A stretch of DNA of 64,000 nucleotides from Melioribacteraceae bacterium (GCA_024103215.1 JAGFIY010000029.1:20019-84018), one strand, 5' to 3'. Numbered from the stretch's first letter, positions 39,585 through 50,505 are shown. Notes: generated from the letters alone by a model not told the origin. Numbers and translations: made by a program.

Positions 39585-40717
39585 CTTAAATCCGACTCCT
39601 TAGCATTAAATGATCTCTGAAGAACTCTCAAATACAATATTGTCGCCCATCTTTCGTTATTTGTCAATTGAGTTGAATAAGAAGGCATAATATTTTGTCC
39701 TTCGGTAACAACATGGAATATTCTGCCGTCGCTCCAATTGCGAACTTTTTCTGAATGAATGCTGGGAGGATTGGGAAACTGCCCTCGAAGTCTGCTGTCC
39801 CCTTCTCCAAAATAACCATGACAAGGACTGCAGTAAATATCATATTTCTTTTTACCCAAATTTAAATTTTCTTCATTCGCTTCAAGCGGGTTTATTAAAA
39901 ATTTACCTGCTTCTTCCGGCTGATTCTTAAAAAGATAAGGCAGATTTTCTCTTGCAACAGTTCCCTCAACAGGCATTCTCATTCCAAATCCATCAGTAAA
40001 GAAAGCGGAAGATTCTTGCGGTATCACTTTTGCTTGTTCTCTCATCCAGTTAAATGGCTGCATAAACATAAGTTTGTTCAAAGAAAAATATGTTGCGCCA
40101 GAAACTATAACAGCAATTAAAGCTAGGAAAAGAAGAAACTTAGGTTGAAGGATTACATTCTTATATTTTAGTTCCTCATCATCGTAATAAATCTTTGTTA
40201 TATCTTTAGCGCCCAAACTTTTCAGAAATAATTCAATTTCTTCGATAGTATGATTTTCATCAGGTTCGATACAAATACCGTAGCGATCGGACGAAACAGC
40301 TTTCATATACTGAGTATCATGAAGCGGATGACTTATGTTTGGAAATTTGAAGAATATTGATATCAACGTAACAACAGTCATAACTGCTGCAAGAAGCACA
40401 GTAAGTTCGAACATGATCGGGACATAAGCTGGAAATGAAAAGAAGGGCTTGCCGCCGATAATTACAGGATAATCAATTGATGAAGTCCAATACATTAAAG
40501 CAAGCGCTGAAAAAGTACCTGTTAACCCAAACACTAATGAAAAATAAGCAAGTTTGGATGGTTTCAATTTCATTGCTGAATCCATACCATGAACAGGATA
40601 AGGCGTGTGAACATCAAACTTCTTAAATCCTTTTTCTGAAGTTTCAGACGCTGCTTTGATTATATCGTCGGGAGAATCAAATAACCCGACACCGCCGTAA
40701 AGATACTTCTTATTCAT
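39581..40717 (-). CDS. actD: Alternative Complex III ActD (DUF3341) fused to ActE (monoheme cytochrome c)
   Basis: N-terminal GLFDSPDDIIKAASETSEKGFKKFDVHTPYPVHG with 2 TM helices (ActD/DUF3341), a further TM helix, then CSPCHGYFGEGD...NIMPSY (ActE-like cytochrome c), all in one 378-aa ORF. Confidence 0.75.
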   Translation of the reverse strand: MNKKYLYGGVGLFDSPDDIIKAASETSEKGFKKFDVHTPYPVHGMDSAMKLKPSKLAYFSLVFGLTGTFSALALMYWTSSIDYPVIIGGKPFFSFPAYVPIMFELTVLLAAVMTVVTLISIFFKFPNISHPLHDTQYMKAVSSDRYGICIEPDENHTIEEIELFLKSLGAKDITKIYYDDEELKYKNVILQPKFLLFLALIAVIVSGATYFSLNKLMFMQPFNWMREQAKVIPQESSAFFTDGFGMRMPVEGTVARENLPYLFKNQPEEAGKFLINPLEANEENLNLGKKKYDIYCSPCHGYFGEGDSRLRGQFPNPPSIHSEKVRNWSDGRIFHVVTEGQNIMPSYSTQLTNNERWATILYLRVLQRSFNAKESDLR

Positions 40718-40720
40718 AAA

Positions 40721-42088
40721 TTAATGTCCCTCGTGCGAAGGTTGTGAACCGTCCACAACCGCTTTAACTTCTGCAATTGAAACAACCGGAAGTGTTTTTG
40801 AAAATAGAAGTACAAATGTGAAAAAGAACCCGAAACTACCGATTAAAATCCCGAAGTCCGTAAGAGTCGGTGTATAATAAGCCCAACTCGAAGGTAAGAA
40901 ATCACGTGATAAGGAAGTGACGGTAATTACAAATCTTTCAAACCACATTCCTACGTTTACAAAAACAGCTATAACAAACATAACTGGTATAGATCTTCTA
41001 ATCTTCTTGCTCCAGAACAATTGAGGAAATACAACATTACAAGTTATCATAATCCAATAAGCCCAAGCGTATGGACCAAAAGCTCTATTAACAAATGTAA
41101 ACTGTTCAGCCTGCACTCCCGAATACCAAGCAATAAAAAACTCCATTGCATAAGCGTAACCTACAAGTGTACCCGTTAGAACAATTATTTTGTTCATTTT
41201 TTCAAGTGTGTCAATCGTAATAATATGCTCATAATTAAAAACTTTTCGAATTACTATAAGCACATTTTGAACCATTGCAAAACCCGAAAATACTGCGCCG
41301 GCAACAAAATAAGGTGGGAAAATCGTAGTGTGCCATCCGGGTAAAATTGAAACCGCAAAGTCGAAACTCACTATAGTATGAACAGATAAAACCAAAGGTG
41401 TCGCAAATCCCGCTAACACCAAATAAACCATTTCATAATGCTGCCAGTGGCGATTTGAATTTCTCCACCCAAGACTGAATACTGAGTAAATGGCTTTTTT
41501 AATTTTTGTTTTAGTCCTATCTCGTAATACCGCGAAATCGGGAATTAAACCAACATACCAAAAGATGAATGACACGGTAAAATATGTTGAAACTGCAAAC
41601 ACATCCCATAACAAAGGTGAAGTAAAATTAACCCAAAGGGAATGTTGATTTGGATACGGCATTAAATAACCGGCTAACCAAGGACGTCCAACATGTATGA
41701 GCGGAAAAATAAGGGCGGTCATAACCGCGAAAATTGTCATACCTTCAGCGAAACGTGCAATACCATTTCTCCATTTCTGGCGGAGCAAAAAAAGTATAGC
41801 TGATATAAGAGTTCCGGCGTGACCAATACCAACCCAGAAAACGAAATTAACGATAGGGAAACCCCAACCTACCGGATTATTATTTCCCCAAAGTCCGGTA
41901 CCATAATAGAATGATAATCCGATTGCAATCACACCGATTGCAAGCATTGTTAATGTAATTCCCAGACCAATAAAAAATTTTATATTTGGCTTTGTTTCGA
42001 GAGGTTTTGCAATCAGGTCATCTATTTCTCGAAGAGCAGGTTTCCCTTCAATTACCGATAACTCTCTTGAATAATCAATACTGCTCAC
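40721..42088 (-). CDS. actC: Alternative Complex III subunit ActC (NrfD/PsrC-like quinol-interacting membrane subunit)
   Basis: 455 aa, about 10 TM helices, NrfD-like [19 protein letters not shown]. The GTG start overlaps the actB TAG stop by 1 nt. Confidence 0.85.
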   Translation of the reverse strand: MSSIDYSRELSVIEGKPALREIDDLIAKPLETKPNIKFFIGLGITLTMLAIGVIAIGLSFYYGTGLWGNNNPVGWGFPIVNFVFWVGIGHAGTLISAILFLLRQKWRNGIARFAEGMTIFAVMTALIFPLIHVGRPWLAGYLMPYPNQHSLWVNFTSPLLWDVFAVSTYFTVSFIFWYVGLIPDFAVLRDRTKTKIKKAIYSVFSLGWRNSNRHWQHYEMVYLVLAGFATPLVLSVHTIVSFDFAVSILPGWHTTIFPPYFVAGAVFSGFAMVQNVLIVIRKVFNYEHIITIDTLEKMNKIIVLTGTLVGYAYAMEFFIAWYSGVQAEQFTFVNRAFGPYAWAYWIMITCNVVFPQLFWSKKIRRSIPVMFVIAVFVNVGMWFERFVITVTSLSRDFLPSSWAYYTPTLTDFGILIGSFGFFFTFVLLFSKTLPVVSIAEVKAVVDGSQPSHEGH

Positions 42089-45000
42089 TATGCATCCTCC
42101 GAATGGATATTTCGCAGTTTTGCGATATATGTAACATTGGGTTTAACATTGGTTTCTTCAAGTACATGATAAGCTAAATTGTGTTTTCGCAATTTATTTA
42201 CCGCGGAATTTTCATCATTCATATCTCCAAAAACAATTGCATCTGCCGGGCATGCTTGCTGACAGGCTGTTGTTACTTCATCTGTTTTTAATTCTCTGTT
42301 CTCTTTAATTGCTGTACTTCTTGCTTCCATAATCCTCTGGATACAGAACGAACATTTTTCCATCACTCCGCGTGATCTTACAGTAACTTCAGGATTGTTA
42401 ACCAAAGGTGTTACTTCGTTGTCATAATATGCATCAGCAAAGTAATCACGGAAGTTAAAAAAGTTAAATCGTCTTACTTTATAAGGACAGTTGTTTGCAC
42501 AGTATCTTGTTCCTACACACCGGTTATATACCATTTGGTTGAGTCCGTCTGTGCTGTGATTTGTTGCGTTGACCGGACATACATTTTCGCACGGGGCATT
42601 ATCGCAGTGCTGACACAACATTGGTTGATTACTTACTTCCGGATCTTCGGGGGTTCCGGAGTAATACCTGTCCAACCTCATCCACTGCATTTCTCTTCCG
42701 TTTTCGACTTGATCTTTACCAACTACAGGAACATTGTTTTCAACATTACACGAAGCAACGCAGACAGAACAACTAGTACACTTGTTCATATCTATTGCCA
42801 TCGCCCATTTATTGCCTTCGTACTTATGTTCTTCAGTTATACTAAAAATTTTGTGTTTATGGTGCTGCAGGAACTCCGGATCATTTATATATTGATCAAC
42901 AGTTCCTTCTTGAATAATATTTCTAATCTTGTGAAAATCTTTCACGGATGAATCATCAACCGCGTGATGCTCTTGAGTCGAAATTAATTTATGAAAATTA
43001 CCCGTTTTCTTTATTGAAACATTATTATAAAAATAAGCTGTATTAGTGTGATTTGAAGTTAGGAATATGTTGGAATTAAAACCTACATTTTTCCCTACTT
43101 CACCAGTATTTGTTCTTCCATAACCAAGTTCGATAGAAATAACATCATCAGCCATTCCAGGTTGAACTAAAATCGGGACTTCAAGTTTTTTATCTCCCGA
43201 TGTAACTTCAACCATATCCCCCATTTTTAGGTTAAGATCGTTTGCCCGCTTTGGGGAAATATTAAGATAATTGTCCCAAGTAATTTTCGAAACAGGATGG
43301 GGTAATTCCTGTAACCAACCGTTGTTAGCAAATCTACCGTCACCTATAAAATAATTCTCAGTAAGCGACAAAGTAAACTCGTTTGATTTTGAACTATTCG
43401 GAATCTGAAGTGGGGTGGTAAACTCGGGAGTTAAGGTTTTATCTTCGGTTTTAATCTTAACAAACCCATCATGCAGTGCAAGAAGCCAATAGTTCTTAAA
43501 TGCTAAAGGAGATTTATTCTCAGCAAATATTGATGATTTAAAATTCTCCATTAGATAATTATGATACAAGTCTTCAGTATAAGTTTGCCCTGTTGTCCAA
43601 GCGAGCAAAATACCTTCGGTTTGACGCGAATTATAAAGTGGGGCAATAACAGGTTGTCTCAACGAATAAACATCTGCTGTCGTCTGCGAATCTCCCCAAG
43701 ATTCAAGATAATGATGTGCGGGGAGAACATATTTACAGTTTTCAGAAGTTTCGTTTTCATTTACGACTACAGAAAGAGTTAAAGCAACTTTGCTTAAATG
43801 CTGTTTCCAATCTCCGGCATCCTGAAAATGATAAACAGGGTTGCTTCCTAAATTTATAAATGCACCAACATTTCCGCTAGATAATTCAAGACCGAGTGCT
43901 TGAAAATCCGAGTGTCTGTTTAATTTAAGAACTTCAACAGCGGCAGAAGTATGTGCATACAGATTTGTTGAATTTAATATTTCGTTTATGATATTTACAA
44001 CATAGTGAACTTCTAGAGGAAGTGCATTACCAGCATAAACTAAAGCATTTTTCCCCGGTTTAAGTAAATCTTCGAGTAAGTAATTCAGTTTAATCTGATC
44101 AATACCTTTTTCTTCCGAAAATCTTGATAAGGAATAATTTGAGACCAACGATTCCAAATCATCCGGGAGACTAATATTTACTCTTGCATTTTTTCTTAGC
44201 TCATTTAACAGTGAAAGAACAAATTCAATTTGATTTGATGGATTTACCCTAAACCGGTAATCTGCATTCATCCCCGTGAGCGACATTGAACCTTCGGCAG
44301 AGTAAAGTCTGCTGAATTCATCAGGATTATTGACATCACGCTTTTTAGCAAAAAGTCTTGTGTTTTCAATAAAGTTATCCTCTTTCCCGAGAAAATCAGA
44401 TTCGAGAGAAAGGATTACGTCTGCTTTATCAAATCTTATTTTTGGAAAATTTCGATTCCCATACAATCTCTCCCAACCGTCAAGGCGATTATGATTGTTG
44501 AAAAGTTCGTAAGAATAGACTTCGGCAGCGGGATATTTTTCTAAAAATTTATCTAATACCGATTTAAAAGTCGGCGAGTGAACCGAGTGTGTAACCAGAA
44601 CAATTTTCTTTCCCGATTCCGAAACTTTATTAAGTTCTGCAATGATTGAATTATCTACTTCCGACCAATTTGTTTCACGACCATTTAATAACGGTTTTCT
44701 AATTCTTGATGGATCATAAAGGTCTAAGATTGATGCTTGTCCCTTAGCACATATTTTTCCGTTGTTAATTGGATTTTCAGTATTACCATCAATTTTAATA
44801 GGTCTACCTAAATTCGTTTTGATGAGAATACCGCAGTTTACACTGCACCCATTACAAGTTGAAGCATAATAGTTAGAGGATCCAGGAAGGATTCCTTCCG
44901 GTCTGTTAGTGTAGGGTACAATTTCCCCTTGGTCATGATAATCAGAACAACCTGCTGCAGTAAAAGCCGCGGATGCTGAAAGAAGCGCTAAAAATTTTCT

Positions 45001-45159
45001 TCGCGATATACCATTCAATTGCGATGGGTTAAAATCATCCGTAACGCCTTCTTCGAACTCATTTTCTAAATTTAGTTTAGAATCATTTTGGTAGGACTCG
45101 AGACTTTTCCAAAAAGATTTTTCTATTTTCTTGTTTTGATTTTTGTTGTTTTCAGACAT
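42088..45159 (-). CDS. actB: Alternative Complex III subunit ActB (TAT-variant-translocated molybdopterin-oxidoreductase-like plus 4Fe-4S ferredoxin domains)
   Basis: 1023 aa. Twin-arginine motif [16 protein letters not shown] lies about 50 residues in from the N-terminus. MopB-like domain (CNGCSVNCG) and C-terminal FeS clusters [25 protein letters not shown] and [12 protein letters not shown]. Confidence 0.9.
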   Translation of the reverse strand: MSENNKNQNKKIEKSFWKSLESYQNDSKLNLENEFEEGVTDDFNPSQLNGISRRKFLALLSASAAFTAAGCSDYHDQGEIVPYTNRPEGILPGSSNYYASTCNGCSVNCGILIKTNLGRPIKIDGNTENPINNGKICAKGQASILDLYDPSRIRKPLLNGRETNWSEVDNSIIAELNKVSESGKKIVLVTHSVHSPTFKSVLDKFLEKYPAAEVYSYELFNNHNRLDGWERLYGNRNFPKIRFDKADVILSLESDFLGKEDNFIENTRLFAKKRDVNNPDEFSRLYSAEGSMSLTGMNADYRFRVNPSNQIEFVLSLLNELRKNARVNISLPDDLESLVSNYSLSRFSEEKGIDQIKLNYLLEDLLKPGKNALVYAGNALPLEVHYVVNIINEILNSTNLYAHTSAAVEVLKLNRHSDFQALGLELSSGNVGAFINLGSNPVYHFQDAGDWKQHLSKVALTLSVVVNENETSENCKYVLPAHHYLESWGDSQTTADVYSLRQPVIAPLYNSRQTEGILLAWTTGQTYTEDLYHNYLMENFKSSIFAENKSPLAFKNYWLLALHDGFVKIKTEDKTLTPEFTTPLQIPNSSKSNEFTLSLTENYFIGDGRFANNGWLQELPHPVSKITWDNYLNISPKRANDLNLKMGDMVEVTSGDKKLEVPILVQPGMADDVISIELGYGRTNTGEVGKNVGFNSNIFLTSNHTNTAYFYNNVSIKKTGNFHKLISTQEHHAVDDSSVKDFHKIRNIIQEGTVDQYINDPEFLQHHKHKIFSITEEHKYEGNKWAMAIDMNKCTSCSVCVASCNVENNVPVVGKDQVENGREMQWMRLDRYYSGTPEDPEVSNQPMLCQHCDNAPCENVCPVNATNHSTDGLNQMVYNRCVGTRYCANNCPYKVRRFNFFNFRDYFADAYYDNEVTPLVNNPEVTVRSRGVMEKCSFCIQRIMEARSTAIKENRELKTDEVTTACQQACPADAIVFGDMNDENSAVNKLRKHNLAYHVLEETNVKPNVTYIAKLRNIHSEDA

Positions 45160-45168
45160 TTAGAAAAC

Positions 45169-45333
45169 CTATTTTGTCCTTTTTACAGAATTTGGATGAA
45201 TAAAAACTTTTTTTAGTCTTTTATTTTTCTTATCTGAAGTAAAAGCTTTTAACGGGGATTTACTTAATAAAGCCAGCCCCAAACCGCCGAAAGTAATCTT
45301 CTTAAAAAATTTTCTTCTTGATGTTTTATTCAT
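45169..45333 (-). CDS. 54-aa micro-ORF with a twin-arginine signal-like N-terminus (hypothetical)
   Basis: MNKTSRRKFFKKITFGGLGLALLSKSPLKAF followed by a basic tail. The ATG is preceded by GGTGGACAA, immediately after the actA stop. Same reading frame as actB, separated from it by TAG GTT TTC TAA. Coding status unproven. Confidence 0.4.
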   Translation of the reverse strand: MNKTSRRKFFKKITFGGLGLALLSKSPLKAFTSDKKNKRLKKVFIHPNSVKRTK

Positions 45334-45346
45334 TTGTCCACCAAAT

Positions 45347-45916
45347 TTATCTATGACAAGCAGCGCAGTAACGCGGTCCTTGTTTAACATTTTCAACATA
45401 AGGAACAAATTTTTTAGGATCACGGTGGCAGTCTAAACAAGCTGTCATCGTGAAAGATTTTACTTGTTGAATTACTTCCATTTCTCTTACATTACCATGA
45501 CAAGTTTCACAATCAATACCTTTATTAACGTGAACACTATGATTAAAATATGCGTACTCCGGAACTTTGTGAACTCTTTTCCAAGGCAGTGGTCTGCCGC
45601 TTTCATAATATTCTCTAAGTTTGATTATTTCCGGTCTGTCTTTTCTTGCAACTGCGTGGCAATTCATACAAATATTAACCGAAGGGACGAGCGCTTGTCT
45701 TTGTTTAGTTACACCGACATGACAATACTGACAGTCGATTCCTAACTCGCCGGCATGAAGTTTATGTGAATAAGCTAATGGCTGCTCTGGCGCATAGCCA
45801 ACACCATCGCGCTCCGGTCTGCTTACATAGAATGTTACAAGAAAAGATATAGCTGCTACAAATAAAACTAATGGTAATCTAACTTTGAGTAAATAATCAA
45901 GTACCGTTTTCTTCAT
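45347..45916 (-). CDS. actA: Alternative Complex III subunit ActA (pentaheme cytochrome c)
   Basis: N-terminal TM anchor and five CxxCH motifs (CQYCH, CMNCH, CETCH, CLDCH, CAACH) in 189 aa. Confidence 0.9.
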   Translation of the reverse strand: MKKTVLDYLLKVRLPLVLFVAAISFLVTFYVSRPERDGVGYAPEQPLAYSHKLHAGELGIDCQYCHVGVTKQRQALVPSVNICMNCHAVARKDRPEIIKLREYYESGRPLPWKRVHKVPEYAYFNHSVHVNKGIDCETCHGNVREMEVIQQVKSFTMTACLDCHRDPKKFVPYVENVKQGPRYCAACHR

Positions 45917-46136
45917 TCTTTATCCTTAGTTCAGTAAACCGAATAAAAGAGAATCCCTTCCCCCTTTTCGGAAAATAAAAATAATGTTTAATGAATTGAT
46001 GAAAAAGTTATGAAATAAGATTACGAAAAATAATAATAATAAAAAAAAATCAAAACGAAAATTTACGATATTTTGTCCTAAATGAGTAAAAGAGGAGTCA
46101 ATTATCTGCTACATAAATAATTGTTAAAACCTAGTA

Positions 46137-47114
46137 TTAGTTTTTTCTTGAGATAACGAAATCAACCAAACTTAATAATGCTTCTTTACTATCTGAATCA
46201 TTAAATCCGGAAAGACAATTTTTTGCTTTCTCTGCATACTCTCTTGCAATCTTATCCGCATACTCAATGCCGCCGGACTCTTCAACAAATTTTATTATAT
46301 CCTCAACACTGTTGTTCTTACCACGGCTTTTTAATTTCTTAATTATTTCGCTTGCTTTATCTTTATTTTTTGAGAGGGAATAAATTAATGGGAGAGTTAT
46401 CTTCTTCTCTTTAATGTCCCCCCCACGAGGTTTGCCAATAATACTTGATTTGCCAATATAGTCGAGAATGTCATCACGGATCTGAAATGCAATTCCAAGA
46501 TACTCACCGTAATCCCTAAACGCTTTATGAATCTCAGGATCTGTGGAAGCACCTATAGCGCCGAATTCACAACAAGTCGAAAGAAGAGATGCTGTTTTAT
46601 CGGAAATAATTCTGAAATATGTCGGTTCGTCTATATCAAGCTTTCTGGTTTTGTTTATTTGAAGAAGTTCGCCTTCACTCATTCGTTGGACGGTGTTTGT
46701 AACAATTTTTAAATAATCATAATCCTCACCGTTTACTGCGGCGGTCAATCCTTTTGAAAGCAGATAATCCCCCATTAGAACAGCTATTTTGTTTTTCCAC
46801 ACAGCATTTATCGATGGAAGTCCTCGTCTTTTTTCCGCAGCATCAACAACATCATCATGAATAAGGGTAGCAGTGTGCAGAAGTTCTACCATTATTGCTC
46901 CTCGGTATGATTTATCGGTAACTTCTCCAACAACTTTGCTGGATAAAAAAACCAAGGTCGGTCTAATTTTCTTACCTTTTTGTTTAAGGACATATTTAGC
47001 AATTAAATCGACTAAGAATATATCCGACTTAATCGACTTAGAAAAAAGTTTGTTGAAATGATTTAATTCGGCTGAAACCGGATTAGAGATATCGGATAGG
47101 TTATTCTTGATCAA
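46137..47114 (-). CDS. polyprenyl diphosphate synthase (long-chain, trans)
   Basis: FARM LIHDDVVD and SARM FQIRDDILD motifs; 325 aa. Chain length cannot be read from the sequence. Confidence 0.85.
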   Translation of the reverse strand: MIKNNLSDISNPVSAELNHFNKLFSKSIKSDIFLVDLIAKYVLKQKGKKIRPTLVFLSSKVVGEVTDKSYRGAIMVELLHTATLIHDDVVDAAEKRRGLPSINAVWKNKIAVLMGDYLLSKGLTAAVNGEDYDYLKIVTNTVQRMSEGELLQINKTRKLDIDEPTYFRIISDKTASLLSTCCEFGAIGASTDPEIHKAFRDYGEYLGIAFQIRDDILDYIGKSSIIGKPRGGDIKEKKITLPLIYSLSKNKDKASEIIKKLKSRGKNNSVEDIIKFVEESGGIEYADKIAREYAEKAKNCLSGFNDSDSKEALLSLVDFVISRKN

Positions 47115-47871
47115 TCGATTTTCTCTGGGACATTTTTGAAACGAATATACTTATTTCATATAATAAAACCAACGGAACAGCCAGCAGTATCTGTGCAACA
47201 GGATCTGTTCCTGGAGTAAGCAGGGCTGCTGCAATCAAAATTGTAATAATAGAATGCCTTCTAAACTTTTTCATTAATTGAGGTGTAAGGATCCCCAATT
47301 TTGAAAGGAGAAATGATAAAACGGGAAGTTCAAACACTAAACCCGCAGCAAGCATCACACTTATTATAATCGAAAAATATTCGTTTATTGCAAAATTATT
47401 TTCAATCTGTTCGGTTCCAAATTGGACAGCAAATTTTAATGTAAGTGGAAGCATAACATAATAAGCAAATACAATTCCGCTGATAAAACATAGTGATGAA
47501 AAAAATACGATAAGCGTTATATATTTTTTTTCCTGCTGTCTTAAAGCCGGGGCAATAAACTTCCAAAGTTGATAAAAAACATTGGGGATACTTACGATAA
47601 ATCCGCCAATGAATGCAATCTGAAGAAAGAGAAAAAGCTGTCCGAACGGCCTAAGATTTTGAAGTTTTAGATTTGCAGTTCTTGCAGGGAGTAAGAGAAC
47701 TTGTTCAACGAGAAAATCTATGAATATCCAACAAAGAATGGTGCCTACAAAAATTCCGATTGCAGCATATAATATTCTCCACCTCAGTTCTTCGAGATGA
47801 TCGAGAAACGACATTTCATTTTCTTCAGTTTCCGAAAATGTGTCGAAGCTTTCAGATTCTTGAGCGCTCAC
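47101..47871 (-). CDS. tatC: twin-arginine translocase subunit TatC
   Basis: MSFLDHLEELRWRILY motif and 6 TM helices; 256 aa. Confidence 0.9.
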   Translation of the reverse strand: MSAQESESFDTFSETEENEMSFLDHLEELRWRILYAAIGIFVGTILCWIFIDFLVEQVLLLPARTANLKLQNLRPFGQLFLFLQIAFIGGFIVSIPNVFYQLWKFIAPALRQQEKKYITLIVFFSSLCFISGIVFAYYVMLPLTLKFAVQFGTEQIENNFAINEYFSIIISVMLAAGLVFELPVLSFLLSKLGILTPQLMKKFRRHSIITILIAAALLTPGTDPVAQILLAVPLVLLYEISIFVSKMSQRKSIDQE

Positions 47872-47878
47872 TGATATA

Positions 47879-49174
47879 TTATCTTAATTCCGGATATAAC
47901 GGAAATTTTTTACAAAGTTCTTTAACTTCGTTTTTAACTGATGCAAGTTTATTTTCATCTTCGTGATCTATAATTGCATCATTGATTAAGGAAGCAATAA
48001 TTTTCATTTCTTTTTCTTTCATTCCACGCGTCGTAGCAGCTGCAGTTCCAATACGAATACCGCTTGTTACAAACGGACTTTTTGTATCGAAAGGAATCAT
48101 GTTTTTATTAACCGTAATACCTGCAAGTTCTAGAGCTTTCTCAGCTTTTTTACCGCTTATCTCTTTATTAGTTAGATTTATGAGCATCAAGTGATTTTCA
48201 GTACCACCGGAAACTATTTTATAATCGAATTCGCTCAGTGATGAAGCTAATGTTTTTGCATTTGCGATTACTTGCTTTGCATATTCAGTAAAACTATCCT
48301 GAAGTACTTCCCCAAACGCAACAGCTTTTGCCATTATTACATGCATTAAAGGCCCGCCTTGAATACCGGGCATAACTGTACCATCTATCAACTCCGACAT
48401 CATTTTTAGTCTATCGCCTTTCGGAGTTTTAATTCCCAATGGATTTTCTTTGTCTTTGCCGATTAAAATTACACCTCCGCGTGGACCTCTTAATGTTTTG
48501 TGTGTTGTCGAAGTAACCACATCGCAATGTTCTAAGGGATTAGAAAGTAATCCCTTGGCAATCAATCCAGCTGGGTGAGCCATGTCTGCCATAAGGAATG
48601 CACCGACTGAGTCGGCTATTTCCCGGAACTTTTTATAATCCCAATCGTGAGAATATGCCGAAGCACCGGTTATAATTATTTTTGGCTTTTCTTTTTTTGC
48701 AAGATCTTCAATCAATTGATAATCAAGAAGTTCAGTATCTTTGTTAAGTGTGTAACCAATTGCTTGATAAATCTTTCCGGAAAAGTTTACAAAAGAACCG
48801 TGAGTTAAATGACCTCCATGATCAAGACTCAAACCTAAGATCTTATCTCCAGGATTAAGAAGAGCCATATATACAGCCATATTTGCTTGCGAACCGCTGT
48901 GAGGTTGAACGTTAACATACTCGGCATTGAATATTTGTTTTAATCTATCCCGTGCTAGATCTTCCGCCATATCAACAAATTCACATCCGCCGTAATATCT
49001 CTTGCCGGGATAACCCTCAGCATACTTATTTGTAAGCACCGATCCTGCAGCTTCAAGAACGGGAAGGCTTACAAAATTTTCACTAGCAATTAATTCCAAA
49101 TAATCAGATTGTCTATCGGTTTCTTTCTTTAATATTTCAAAAATTTGGGTATCATTCTTTAAATGCTCGAACAT
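47879..49174 (-). CDS. glyA: serine hydroxymethyltransferase
   Basis: [21 protein letters not shown] and [16 protein letters not shown] (PLP lysine). Confidence 0.95.
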   Translation of the reverse strand: MFEHLKNDTQIFEILKKETDRQSDYLELIASENFVSLPVLEAAGSVLTNKYAEGYPGKRYYGGCEFVDMAEDLARDRLKQIFNAEYVNVQPHSGSQANMAVYMALLNPGDKILGLSLDHGGHLTHGSFVNFSGKIYQAIGYTLNKDTELLDYQLIEDLAKKEKPKIIITGASAYSHDWDYKKFREIADSVGAFLMADMAHPAGLIAKGLLSNPLEHCDVVTSTTHKTLRGPRGGVILIGKDKENPLGIKTPKGDRLKMMSELIDGTVMPGIQGGPLMHVIMAKAVAFGEVLQDSFTEYAKQVIANAKTLASSLSEFDYKIVSGGTENHLMLINLTNKEISGKKAEKALELAGITVNKNMIPFDTKSPFVTSGIRIGTAAATTRGMKEKEMKIIASLINDAIIDHEDENKLASVKNEVKELCKKFPLYPELR

Positions 49175-49202
49175 TTTTATTCACCTAAAAATTTATAATT
49201 AA

Positions 49203-50477
49203 CTAATCTGGTATAACAACACTTTTATTTATCCAATCATAACACTTGCCTTCAATTTTAATCACGGTTCCGGGGGCTACTTTTCTGAAGAAGTAATCTT
49301 CTTTTTGAGGAATAGAGTTTGCGAGAGCATTAATTCTTTCTTTAGCAGCGCTTGCATACTGACCACCCATCGAAACAACACGTTGATATGTTTGAACGGC
49401 AAGCAAATAAACTAATTTATCTTCATATTCAAATCCACAGTTACGTGCCGCAGCCTCATACAACTGAGCTTCGATAAAAATCGGATAATCCCAATCAGGA
49501 CTAACTTTGCTTGCTTTTTGCAGATAACTTCTTGCAACCGATAATTGACCTAGTTTTTGATAAATTATAGCCAAATTAAAAAAGTTGTCTCTGTTATCCG
49601 GCTCAAGTTCAATCAATGTTTTATAAGACTGTATTGCGGCATCAGTTTCATCTAATTTTTCATATGCTCTAGCAATTTGTTTGTGATAATTTATAACTTC
49701 GGGCGATTTCTCAATTAAGAATTTAAGAGGTTCAAGAGCTGTTGAATAATCTTGATTCCTAAGTGCCATGGATGCATACTTCCAGGCTTTTTCGGGATTC
49801 TCAGGATCAAGCCGCCAAGCTTTTCCTGTAATTTCAACAAGTTCATTAGGATCTTCGGCAAGAGCTTCAATTCTTTGGATCCAAAGTGCATTATCAGGTT
49901 CGGCTTCACTTAGTGCAGAATATAATTCAAGAGCCTGCATTTTATAATCATTATCCTCAGAAGAATTTTTAGATAAAATCAATCCTAGTCTATCCTTATA
50001 ACCGGATGAAATACCATTGTCAGATGCAAGTGCTGTTCTGTAAGCTTCAATTACAACTTCTGGATCTGCATTAATCCAAGTCTCTAGCACATAGGCTTTC
50101 TTCGACAGGAAGTAAGCAGCTTTCTCTTCATTATATTCAAGCGCTTTATCATAAAGATACAAAGTTGTATCAGCTATAATCTGTTTCTCTTCATCGGAGA
50201 ATGTGGCAACACTGTCGTGCATAAACCAAAGGACATCTTCCATCTTTCTGAATGGTTTAAATCTCATAAATGCCGAGGGGTCAGTATTTATTACATTCCA
50301 ACCGTGATTATACGCGCTGAGATAATCCTTATTTTTGTAGAATTCATAAAACAAACTGAATTCAGCCTGCAGATTTAGTTTTGAACTGTCATTAACTTCC
50401 GGAGCTGGTTTCGAATCTAAGCCAGCAGCTGAAATTGTTAATGTCAAAAGCATAAACATTGTGATTAATTTAGTCAT
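49203..50477 (-). CDS. TPR-repeat exported protein
   Basis: Signal peptide MTKLITMFMLLTLTISAAG, taken as the start at 50477 (the longest ORF extends to 50540). Multiple TPR-like repeats (AIQSYKTLIELEPDNRDNFFNLAIIYQKLGQLSVA). Confidence 0.65.
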   Translation of the reverse strand: MTKLITMFMLLTLTISAAGLDSKPAPEVNDSSKLNLQAEFSLFYEFYKNKDYLSAYNHGWNVINTDPSAFMRFKPFRKMEDVLWFMHDSVATFSDEEKQIIADTTLYLYDKALEYNEEKAAYFLSKKAYVLETWINADPEVVIEAYRTALASDNGISSGYKDRLGLILSKNSSEDNDYKMQALELYSALSEAEPDNALWIQRIEALAEDPNELVEITGKAWRLDPENPEKAWKYASMALRNQDYSTALEPLKFLIEKSPEVINYHKQIARAYEKLDETDAAIQSYKTLIELEPDNRDNFFNLAIIYQKLGQLSVARSYLQKASKVSPDWDYPIFIEAQLYEAAARNCGFEYEDKLVYLLAVQTYQRVVSMGGQYASAAKERINALANSIPQKEDYFFRKVAPGTVIKIEGKCYDWINKSVVIPD

Positions 50478-50505
50478 TGTTTTCAATTTAATATCCCCTA
50501 AATTA

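Noticed and set aside
45169-45423. Long (84-aa) version of the small ORF upstream of actB
   Set aside because: The first 30 codons overlap the 3' end of actA, which ends with a heme-binding CAACH motif, and they have no start-site support. Only the internal ATG at 45333, just after the actA stop, is plausible.
45917-46136. 220-nt AT-rich region upstream of actA, with an (AAT)4-A9 run and repeated TTACGA words, inspected for a riboswitch, repeat element or terminator
   Set aside because: Low-complexity A/T sequence with only short, imperfect repeats and weak AT hairpins. It is most simply a promoter/spacer region between the polyprenyl synthase gene and the act operon.
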